A DNA stretch of 64,000 nt from an uncultured virus (IMG/VR IMGVR_UViG_3300042691_034547) (taxonomy: Duplodnaviria > Heunggongvirae > Uroviricota > Caudoviricetes). The stretch lies in IMG/VR virus record IMGVR_UViG_3300042691_034547; one strand, 5' to 3'. A program made the translations under genes and the position numbers. This document shows positions 30,035 through 38,913 of this stretch, in pieces. How positions within the stretch are numbered: the first letter of the stretch is position 1; the number at the start of each line of letters is the position of its first letter. The notes under the pieces were generated by a model. The model made no database searches, was not told the DNA's origin, and was given only the letters and a program-made list of their open reading frames with translations.

Positions 30035-30661
30035 TTAGTACGGTGTTCCTCCGCTAAAACTACCATGAGATGCTCCAGTCCAAAAGCCGCCACTCGAGCC
30101 ATCAAAATAACTTCCTACAGAGTTGGCTTTTTCTACCATAATAGAGTCTACATAGTAAATATCTCCAGAAGTAGTTGAAGAAGTAGATACTCGTATAATA
30201 AAATAATCTGCAACTGAGTTTCTAGTAAATGTACCAGAAATTCTTGTCCAGTTCCCATTATCACTCAAAGAAGTTGTTCCTACATTGCCGCTAGATACTG
30301 TCCCACTAGCAGCAAGACTTTCATATTGAAGATGTCTTAAAAAGTAATTTGAAGTAGTAGCTCCAGTTCCTAATTTTATATACGCACTTACTACATATGT
30401 ACCTTGACCTCCTAAGAAAGGTATTCTAGAAGTTGTTTGAAATCCACTTGCAGAAGTATTAGTAACTTGAAGCGCCGCTGATCCAGTATTTGATTCTGAA
30501 GTTACTCTTGTGAGAGTTGCGCCTCCAACTGACCCCCACCCAGAAGCGTCTACCTCAAAAGAAGGATTAGAAATATAATTTATTCTATAACCAAGAGCTA
30601 TAGCTTCTGCAGGATTTTTAAGTGATCCAGCTCCGCTAAGTATTCCTACTGTACTTGGCAT
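30035..30661 (-). CDS. Carbohydrate-binding (CBM4/9-like) virion protein
   Basis: NYISNPSFE...W, YVVSAYIK, WTRIS and YVDSIMVE motifs. Confidence 0.65.
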   Translation of the reverse strand: MPSTVGILSGAGSLKNPAEAIALGYRINYISNPSFEVDASGWGSVGGATLTRVTSESNTGSAALQVTNTSASGFQTTSRIPFLGGQGTYVVSAYIKLGTGATTSNYFLRHLQYESLAASGTVSSGNVGTTSLSDNGNWTRISGTFTRNSVADYFIIRVSTSSTTSGDIYYVDSIMVEKANSVGSYFDGSSGGFWTGASHGSFSGGTPY

Positions 30662-31929
30662 TAGCTAAGCGCCAAGTCTCCAGTAAGCAACCACTCGTTT
30701 GTCCCCAATTTAATTATAGAAGCGGTTGAGTACTGGGCTCTAAGTTTTGCGGTAGGAGTAGCTCTTACTGTTACTCCAGTATCTCCAACTACAGTAACTT
30801 GTCCAGATCCATATTGAACAATATCTACTCTTTGACCAACACTGTATGCTGCAGAAGAGTTTAGAGGAACAACAATATTCATTGCACTTGATTTTGTGCA
30901 TTGAATAAGAGCACCAGCATCAGTTAGCAAAAGGGTGTATGTATCACCTTGAGCATTAATAGTTTGAGCTGTATCCCATTGGCCTGTTGCACCCGTAGCA
31001 CCAACAGCACCAGTTGGACCTGTTACGGATGGACCAGTCGGCCCAGTCGGACCCGTAGGGCCAGTTACTGTAGAAGCAGCTCCTGTTGGCCCAATATTTC
31101 CTTGTGCACCTGTCGCTCCTGTAGGACCAGTTGGGCCTGTATCACCAGTAGCACCAGTAGGTCCACCAGAAGGACCAGTAGATCCTGTTGGACCAGTTGG
31201 TCCAGTCACTCCTGGGCCAGTTGGTCCAGTTACTCCTATGGGTCCTGTGGCACCAGAAAACTTTCCAGCATTAGCCCACTCTGAATTTAAATCGCTCCAT
31301 ATATATAAATCTTCACCTACTACATACGAGTCTCCTATATTACCTGTTGGATTATCTGCTTGTAGAAGGCCAAGGCTTGCATAAGTACCTAACACAGTAA
31401 CGCCAGATCCTTGCGGACCTGTTGGTCCACTAACTCCTTGAGGTCCTGTTGGTCCTAGTGGTCCAGTTGGTCCAGTAGGTGCAACAGTTGCTATTGTGTT
31501 AAAACCAGAACCTGTATAAAAACTTACAGCATTAGTTAAGCTATTTACCCACATATCTCCAACAGCTGGAAACCCTGGTGCTGTTGATGCATATGTAACA
31601 TTTGCTCTACCAGTACTTTCAAATACTGCAGAAGCAGAAAAAGCTACATCCGAAGTGCTAGCTGCAACATAAATTTTATCTCCTACAGTTAGAGCAAATC
31701 TAAATGTCTCAAACGACTGTCCAACACTAACTTGAAGAGAATTTACAATATAAACTCTTAAAGATGGATCTCCACCAGAATCTACTGGTTCAATGTAAAC
31801 AGTAGCGCCAGCAGTTACGCCTCCTTTATTAGTTATAATAACTGAAGCAACGCAAGTTACATCTGATGTAGCCATTAGTGACAATGCATTAGCTGCTGGA
31901 GTAGATACACCTAATCTTTTTGCTGGCAT
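30661..31929 (-). CDS. Collagen-like fibre protein
   Basis: GPT/GAT triplet runs; C-terminal [14 protein letters not shown] domain. Confidence 0.85.
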   Translation of the reverse strand: MPAKRLGVSTPAANALSLMATSDVTCVASVIITNKGGVTAGATVYIEPVDSGGDPSLRVYIVNSLQVSVGQSFETFRFALTVGDKIYVAASTSDVAFSASAVFESTGRANVTYASTAPGFPAVGDMWVNSLTNAVSFYTGSGFNTIATVAPTGPTGPLGPTGPQGVSGPTGPQGSGVTVLGTYASLGLLQADNPTGNIGDSYVVGEDLYIWSDLNSEWANAGKFSGATGPIGVTGPTGPGVTGPTGPTGSTGPSGGPTGATGDTGPTGPTGATGAQGNIGPTGAASTVTGPTGPTGPTGPSVTGPTGAVGATGATGQWDTAQTINAQGDTYTLLLTDAGALIQCTKSSAMNIVVPLNSSAAYSVGQRVDIVQYGSGQVTVVGDTGVTVRATPTAKLRAQYSTASIIKLGTNEWLLTGDLALS

Positions 31930-31941
31930 TTATCTATCTCC

Positions 31942-33084
31942 TTAAATGCTATTCAATGATTTATGGGTAATGGTACCAACCATACCAGCGTGAACACTAC
32001 ATATATATCTGTAACCGCCAGAAGCTGCTGCTATAGGAACATTCCAATAAAGAGTTCCAGCAACTTTACCTTGAGCGCTAGCATCAGTTGTAACAGTTCC
32101 AGCAGAATCAACATGTATTAGTCCTGTAGAAATATCAGCAAAACCAGATCCAGTATCTGCTTGTAACTTAAAAGGATGTCCAGCATTAGCTAGATTAAAA
32201 GCTATTGTAGCTCCGCCAAGAGCAAAAATAGTTGGGTTATCACCAGTGTAATGACTATTAAAGTTATATGCTGTAGTTCCATTATTGCTTACAGCTAATC
32301 TTGCAATAGCAGAATAGGCAACTTCATCGATAGTTATTGATGCTGCAGTTGCATCTGATGTTCCGCTAAAAGTAGAAGCCCCTGTTGCACCCGTCGCACC
32401 AGTCGCTCCCGTAGGGCCAGTTGGTCCTGTAGCACCTTCTGTTCCACCAATACCTGCTGGTCCCGTTGGACCAGTAGCGCCAGCAGCTCCAGTGGCTCCT
32501 GTAGGCCCACCTGACGGGCCAGTTGGACCTTGAGGACCAGTTGGGCCAGTAGCTCCAGTACCAGCTCCAGTTCCTACTTCTTCCCATGCGGTAGATGTTT
32601 TTACTTCTAAAGCATCGGTTTCTGTGTTAAATCTTACATATCCAGCTTCTGCAGATGCTGGTCTTTGAGCAGTAGTTCCAGATTCTAAATAAATAGTATT
32701 GTTATCACCACGAATTACTTTATTAGTAAAAGTTTGAGCTATATTTTCTGGAAGAGCAGAATCTTCTTGAGCTATACCATTTACACTAAAAGAAGTTGTG
32801 TCAACACTTGATCTAACATAAAGAATGTCTCCAGAGTTAACAGCAAATCTAAAAGTTTCAAAAGAGCTGTTTAGAGGTATAGCAAGATTAAATGCAATAT
32901 ACGCATATTGAGTAGATATAACAGCATTAGCAGGTACTACCCAAATACTAACTTTACATGCAGGAGTTGCTGAAATTGCTTTACTAGCAGCTACAACAGA
33001 AACTAAGTAAGGACTACTAAATGTTAATAAAGCTGTATCAGTATTAGCATCAGGATTTGATAAACCAAGTCTTTGTATCGGCAT
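31942..33084 (-). CDS. Collagen-like fibre protein with a C-terminal cupredoxin-like domain
   Basis: GPT repeats; GHPF...[11 protein letters not shown]. Confidence 0.8.
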   Translation of the reverse strand: MPIQRLGLSNPDANTDTALLTFSSPYLVSVVAASKAISATPACKVSIWVVPANAVISTQYAYIAFNLAIPLNSSFETFRFAVNSGDILYVRSSVDTTSFSVNGIAQEDSALPENIAQTFTNKVIRGDNNTIYLESGTTAQRPASAEAGYVRFNTETDALEVKTSTAWEEVGTGAGTGATGPTGPQGPTGPSGGPTGATGAAGATGPTGPAGIGGTEGATGPTGPTGATGATGATGASTFSGTSDATAASITIDEVAYSAIARLAVSNNGTTAYNFNSHYTGDNPTIFALGGATIAFNLANAGHPFKLQADTGSGFADISTGLIHVDSAGTVTTDASAQGKVAGTLYWNVPIAAASGGYRYICSVHAGMVGTITHKSLNSI

Positions 33085-33093
33085 CTTGGCCTC

Positions 33094-36000
33094 CTATGCC
33101 TGAGCTTCAGACCATGACATCTTAGCTGATGTTAGCGTTGTGTTACCAGTTAATCTAGATACTGCAATAGTTAAAATATCTGGACCATCTGGATAGATGC
33201 TGTCACCGCCAAGAATAGAGTTTGATAACTCGAACAAAGAGCTAACATCTACAGTTGTTGTATCTTCAGCTCCACTAGCACCACCAGCTGCTTTAAAGTT
33301 ATAAACCTGAACACCTCCAGAAACAGTATCGGATGCCGTATGTTCAACAATCTGAGTTAGTGAAGGAGCATCTACAGAAGTAAAGTTTAGGTTATTCAAA
33401 CGAGGGTTTAAAAGAAGTTTAGCGTCAACTAACTGAGTTGTTGATATGCCAATTTCTTTCAAACGAAGCTGCATTCGGTTAATAACATCTCTATCTCCAA
33501 GTTTTCCTGTCAAACCGCTAGAAACAGAAGGAGAAAGACGAAGAGAGATAAGAGGCTGATAGTTAGGTCCAGAACTATTGTTAAGAGATCCGTCTGGATA
33601 CAAGAAATACTGATATTGAGTATTTCCTTGAGAAGTAAAATTAAGAACTTCAGCTACTGCAAGACCATTTTCTGTTACAGTTGTTTGAGCTGTTCCAGCT
33701 TTAGTAACAGTAAATGTAGTTGCATTAGTTACAGTTACTGTATATGTACCATTTACATCAAGAAGATTAGCATTAGTTATGCCATAAATTCCAACATACA
33801 TACCATTAGAAAGTCCGTGGTTTGTGTTAGTTACAACAGTAACTGTTGTACCAGCTCTGGCTACAGTTCCTCCTACAGATATAGGTGAAGCAAATGGTGT
33901 CAAATGAATCAAGTTAGATGAATTAACAAAAGCTTTATATTTAGTGCTATTTGTTAAATAAGACAAAGTATTTGTGCCTACTACCTGAGTTGCTGGATTA
34001 AGTGTATTAGTTCCCGGGAATCCGTTAGGAGCAATTGATTGGAACTGTAAAACATCTCCTGTTCGAAAACCGTGTGTTTGTACAGTAATTAAATCGTTTG
34101 CAAGATTTATTCCAGTAGAAGAAAACAACTTTGTGGTAGTTCCTGAAATATTTAATGTCTGGCTACCTTGAGTAAAGAGGTAAGCATTGTCGTCATCAAA
34201 ACGGCCATCCATCATAACCGAAGTACCCCAGTGGAATAGGTATGGGATATAGGTTGGATTTAGATAAGTAACAACCTCATAGCGAGCTGGCAAGTTACCA
34301 GAGCGGAAGTATGATTCATACAAGTTATTGTTGTGAACAAACTCGTGAACATACTGAACCTGACCATCGGTTGTTTTAAAACCAAAGCGAATCTTACCCG
34401 CACCGTACCAAGAGTAATCGATATAAGCCATCTGAATCTTGCTTAGATCTAGGTTGTAACCAGTAGGTCCAGATCCATCGCATGGATCCAAAGAAAAATT
34501 CTCTTGAGGAATTCTTGTATCAACTGTCTTAGTCATGATAATACCTGATTTAGCAGGAGTAAAGGAGTGAGTAGATGTTGTTCCAACTGAAGAAATATCC
34601 ACAACTCCTACAGAATCTGGGGAAGCTTTTAATCTAAAAGAGTTATTATTAATTAGATCTATGTAGTAAGTTCTTCCGTTGATAAGACCGCCAATAGGTT
34701 CTCCGTCAATAGAGTTATAAACTACTGGCAAGAGATTAGAAAAACCATGTCCAACAAGCTGGAATGTGTCTGTAGATGTTCTAACAACTCCAGTAGTTCC
34801 ATTGCCTGGATCAAACTCTTTTTCTGTTCCAGAAGCACCTTTATATTCAGGACGAACAGACATACGAGTATTGCTTGTAATCTGAACTACTCTATATGAT
34901 TGACCACGCATAACAATATAGTCCCCGACTGTAAGCTGGGCTTGGAAACTTGTATTAGTTCCAAAAATCAGTTCTGATCCTTGAAGAGCTGAAGCTGTAC
35001 CAGCTAATTGTTGAGTAGAAGATCTACGAACTGCATAAAGTTTTTGTCCATCATACTCAAAGAACATGCCGTTCTGGAAGTCAAACATACCTGTACGAAC
35101 GGCTCCATTTGCCCATGCAGTTACAAAGAACTGAGGGAAACCATATGATCTATTTTCTACAATTGGACTGTTTGATACCATTCTAAATGTAGTTAAATCC
35201 ACTACTGTTACTTGGAAATTTCCATTGTATACAGTGGAAGTGTTTCCATTAGAATCTTTTGCCTCACTTACTGTAATAGTAAGACCTGAAATCAAACCGT
35301 GAGGTCTGCGGGTCTTACATTCAATTGTTGTAGAGCTAAATTGAGTCATACTTTCAAGGTCAATTGAAGGCTTGAAGTTGATACCACAAGAGGTTTGTAG
35401 ACCCTTACCTGACTGGTAACGGAAATATTTACGAGTCTGACGAACAATCTGACCCCAAGAAGTTCCAGCACCTACAGACATTTCAACACCACCATCAAAC
35501 GGACGATGTAGAGAGTAACCCTCTGGTCTTACATATACGAATGTTGGGTATGAGTAAGAGACAGCTGAGTATGCGTTTGCATATGGACGATCTACAGTAA
35601 TCTGAGTGTCAGATCCAATAGCTGTAATTCTACGAATAATAGGTCCGATTGGAGTAGTCTTTGTTAAAGTAAATCCAGATCCAGTACCTTGAGTTGTGAA
35701 ATCCAAAGCTCCTGTGTTAGCTGTAGCATCAGCAGCAGAGTTGTGAAGTGTTATTTCACTTGAAGATACAGCACGAGTAAAGTAGTAGTATCCATCAACT
35801 AAAGGACTTGGAGATACTCCACCGTTTGCTGCGTACACAATTGTGTCACCTGTAGCAAATCCATGAGCAGCTTTAGTGATACGGTTTGTAGTTGTATTTA
35901 CATCTGCTGCAGCAAAAGTTATAGCTGTAGTAGTATTTGATGGGAAAAGACGGAATCTGTCTCCTACTTTAAGAATCTTAGAAAATGAAGTACCAGCTCC

Positions 36001-38901
36001 ATTTACAAGAACAGAACCAGAAGATACAGTTACAGTACCACCGCCAGTAACATTTCCGTTAATCTGACTTGTAACAAAAGTATGGTTTACACCAGTTCCA
36101 AAGTCAGAAACAGTTAATGTAATACCAGCTGCAGCATTATCTGCAGAAGTAGCTAAACGAAGATAATCTCTGTTAACAGAAACTACATAATAATCTGTGT
36201 CATCTGTTAGACCACTGATATCTGTACCAGCTTCTCCATTTGAGTATCTAACTTCTGTTCCAGTTATAAACCCGTGAGAAGGAATTTTAAATGTACTTAG
36301 ATTTAAATCTATAGAAGATCTAGGGTTAAATGTTTTAGTAATTACTGGAACATTGCCTTTAGCTTCTACAGTAAAAGTATTAGCACTTGGAGTTGAAACG
36401 ATGGTGTAAATTCCATCTGGAGTTTTGCTTAAGGATTGAAGTGAATGCACACCAACACCAGCTGGTGACTCCAGCAGATCAACAGCTGTTCCAGCTGAAG
36501 CGTTTTCTGGTGTTGTAGCAAGCTTAATGTTATCTCCGTCAATGAATATGACATAATAAGGAGTCGCAGTTGTTAAACCATTTACAACTGTTTGACCTCG
36601 AGAGTCATAGTTTACAAGCTCTCCTTGAAGGAATCCATGTCCTGGAACTGTAATTATGTTGTTAGTAAAGTCTAAAGATGTAATAAGAAGAGACTGAGTA
36701 CCAGTACCTACACCAGTAATATTTGCAATATTTGTTAAAGCTTGGTTTGTGGCAAGCTTAACAATACTGTTATCAACCTTGATGATGTAATAAGTACCGT
36801 TGTTTGTTAAACCAGGGATAGTTGTTCCGCCACCATTTGAATATCTAACGGCTTGACCAGAAACTAATCCATGATTAGGAATGTACAAAGTATCTTCAAG
36901 TGTATTAATTGTTACGAAGATAAAGCTGTGTGCAGTTCCTGTTCCAGCAGCTGTAAAATTAATAGAAGTTGGGGAATTTAAAGATGTTTTTAGTTTAATT
37001 CTGTTAGCGTCAATAACTTCAGAAATATAATAAGTAGCTTGATCCTGTAGAGGTGCAATTGCTACGCCTCCACCAGTATCATATTGTACTGGCTGATCCA
37101 CTTGAAAACCGTGGTTGTTAATACTTAAAGTATCAGTTGCAGTATTGACAACAACTTTTCTTATTTGATCAGATGTGGCTGTTTGTCTAGAAGAAGGGAT
37201 TGTTAAGTTAATAGTAGTAAATGTAGGAGATGGAGTTGTACTCAATCTATATGTAAATGTGTTTACTGTATTAATATAATAAATAATTCCATTAGATAAG
37301 CCAGTAGGAGCAGTGCCATTAAAATTAAGAGTTACAGCTTCTCCATTAACCAAACCATGAACTGATGAACTATGGATAACATCGTTTTCTAGATCCATAC
37401 TAATAGGTACAAAAGCATGTGTAGACGATCCAGCAGGAGCTATTGCAATAGCATTTGTATTATTTTGAGCATCTACTGCTGTAGGATGAACGCTGTTACC
37501 AGTTGTAAATGAAGAAATCAATGACAATACAACTTGACCTTCTCCATCTCTATAAGATGAAAGATTTGTTATTGCAGCTCCATTAAATGTAGCAACACCA
37601 TCAAAAAGACCTGTTGATGTAGCAACATTTGTTGCACTAGAAATAATGAAAGAACCGCCGCCACCACCAGATGCATTAGCTATAGTTGTACGAGCTCCTG
37701 GCCCTCCAGAGTAGCCACCACCACCACCAGATTGTCCAGCGTTGTTACCGTCAGATTGTCCACCGCCACCAAATCCACCATAACCGCCAGCACGAGTGTT
37801 AGTACTCATGGTTAATCCATCAAGAAATGACCCGCCACCAAAATCTCCAACAGTAGAGTTTTCACCTCTACCATTAAAACCTCCACCACCACCAGAACGA
37901 CCACCAGCAGCACGACCACCGAAGCTCAAAGCTGTTCCTTGAATACCACCTGTGGAAGAAGTTCCACCTATCTGACTTAATACACCGTTTCTTCCCGCAG
38001 TTGTATTTGCATCTGCAGAACCTCCACCAGCAACAAACAAAGGCTCGTTACCAGTTTTACGAACTACAAATGTTCCACCACCAGAACCACTCCATGTACC
38101 TGCAGAAACTCCCTTTTGACCGCAAGCAATTGTGATAATTTCACCTTTAGTTAAGGAAACTCTTCCTCTTACACGAGCACCTAAACCTGGAGCTGCTCCT
38201 CCAGATCCATCAAAACCAGATGCTCCATAAACATCAAATTCATAAATACCAGAAACTGGAACTGTCCAGTCTTGATAACCTTGAAATGCTCCTTGTGAAA
38301 TGTAGGTTTCATCCCAGTTTCCATTTGCAGATGTATCGTAAGCAGATCTCATTTGAGCTTGAGTAGGGCCAACTCGACCAGTCTGGCCGCAAGTAGTAAA
38401 TGTATGAGTATTAGAAGCTAGCGTATATAAAGCTTGAGAACCAGCAAAAGAAGATACAGAAACATTTCGTAAAAAGTATGTATTGCCGCTAGTCAATCCA
38501 GTTAATGCAGTACCGTTTGTATAGTATTTAACTGCTTGATTTGAAGGCGTAGAAGCATCAATATTAAGCTTATTATCATAAACTCTTGGTGTATTAAAAG
38601 TAATATCTCCAGCAACAGCAGCAGTAATATTAATATCTGATCCACCCTGAGTGGTGCTAAATTTTAATTGCTGGGTGTTTTCTCTTTTAACAAAAACAAG
38701 GGTGTCATCTGTAATACCAGTAAGTGCTCCAGTACCAGTTGAATATATAAAACCAGTACCATTTGTAAGAGCTGTAGGTATATTTTCAGCTGTTACACCT
38801 GCAGTACCTTTATAGTAAATAAAGTCACTGTCAACATGTACATTTGTTTTACGAAATGTATGAGCTCCAGTAGAACCTACTGCCGTAACATTAATAGGCA
38901 T
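33094..38901 (-). CDS. Giant virion protein with an ALK/LTK-like glycine-rich domain and about 10 HG beta-repeats
   Basis: 1935 aa, Thr/Gly-rich; FTTCG-x-x-G-x-x-GPTQAQ; repeated HG[FL]-x-x-G-x-x-V-x-Y modules; RQTRKYFRYQSGKG. Confidence 0.75.
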   Translation of the reverse strand: MPINVTAVGSTGAHTFRKTNVHVDSDFIYYKGTAGVTAENIPTALTNGTGFIYSTGTGALTGITDDTLVFVKRENTQQLKFSTTQGGSDINITAAVAGDITFNTPRVYDNKLNIDASTPSNQAVKYYTNGTALTGLTSGNTYFLRNVSVSSFAGSQALYTLASNTHTFTTCGQTGRVGPTQAQMRSAYDTSANGNWDETYISQGAFQGYQDWTVPVSGIYEFDVYGASGFDGSGGAAPGLGARVRGRVSLTKGEIITIACGQKGVSAGTWSGSGGGTFVVRKTGNEPLFVAGGGSADANTTAGRNGVLSQIGGTSSTGGIQGTALSFGGRAAGGRSGGGGGFNGRGENSTVGDFGGGSFLDGLTMSTNTRAGGYGGFGGGGQSDGNNAGQSGGGGGYSGGPGARTTIANASGGGGGSFIISSATNVATSTGLFDGVATFNGAAITNLSSYRDGEGQVVLSLISSFTTGNSVHPTAVDAQNNTNAIAIAPAGSSTHAFVPISMDLENDVIHSSSVHGLVNGEAVTLNFNGTAPTGLSNGIIYYINTVNTFTYRLSTTPSPTFTTINLTIPSSRQTATSDQIRKVVVNTATDTLSINNHGFQVDQPVQYDTGGGVAIAPLQDQATYYISEVIDANRIKLKTSLNSPTSINFTAAGTGTAHSFIFVTINTLEDTLYIPNHGLVSGQAVRYSNGGGTTIPGLTNNGTYYIIKVDNSIVKLATNQALTNIANITGVGTGTQSLLITSLDFTNNIITVPGHGFLQGELVNYDSRGQTVVNGLTTATPYYVIFIDGDNIKLATTPENASAGTAVDLLESPAGVGVHSLQSLSKTPDGIYTIVSTPSANTFTVEAKGNVPVITKTFNPRSSIDLNLSTFKIPSHGFITGTEVRYSNGEAGTDISGLTDDTDYYVVSVNRDYLRLATSADNAAAGITLTVSDFGTGVNHTFVTSQINGNVTGGGTVTVSSGSVLVNGAGTSFSKILKVGDRFRLFPSNTTTAITFAAADVNTTTNRITKAAHGFATGDTIVYAANGGVSPSPLVDGYYYFTRAVSSSEITLHNSAADATANTGALDFTTQGTGSGFTLTKTTPIGPIIRRITAIGSDTQITVDRPYANAYSAVSYSYPTFVYVRPEGYSLHRPFDGGVEMSVGAGTSWGQIVRQTRKYFRYQSGKGLQTSCGINFKPSIDLESMTQFSSTTIECKTRRPHGLISGLTITVSEAKDSNGNTSTVYNGNFQVTVVDLTTFRMVSNSPIVENRSYGFPQFFVTAWANGAVRTGMFDFQNGMFFEYDGQKLYAVRRSSTQQLAGTASALQGSELIFGTNTSFQAQLTVGDYIVMRGQSYRVVQITSNTRMSVRPEYKGASGTEKEFDPGNGTTGVVRTSTDTFQLVGHGFSNLLPVVYNSIDGEPIGGLINGRTYYIDLINNNSFRLKASPDSVGVVDISSVGTTSTHSFTPAKSGIIMTKTVDTRIPQENFSLDPCDGSGPTGYNLDLSKIQMAYIDYSWYGAGKIRFGFKTTDGQVQYVHEFVHNNNLYESYFRSGNLPARYEVVTYLNPTYIPYLFHWGTSVMMDGRFDDDNAYLFTQGSQTLNISGTTTKLFSSTGINLANDLITVQTHGFRTGDVLQFQSIAPNGFPGTNTLNPATQVVGTNTLSYLTNSTKYKAFVNSSNLIHLTPFASPISVGGTVARAGTTVTVVTNTNHGLSNGMYVGIYGITNANLLDVNGTYTVTVTNATTFTVTKAGTAQTTVTENGLAVAEVLNFTSQGNTQYQYFLYPDGSLNNSSGPNYQPLISLRLSPSVSSGLTGKLGDRDVINRMQLRLKEIGISTTQLVDAKLLLNPRLNNLNFTSVDAPSLTQIVEHTASDTVSGGVQVYNFKAAGGASGAEDTTTVDVSSLFELSNSILGGDSIYPDGPDILTIAVSRLTGNTTLTSAKMSWSEAQA

Positions 38902-38913
38902 TTACTTTATCCT

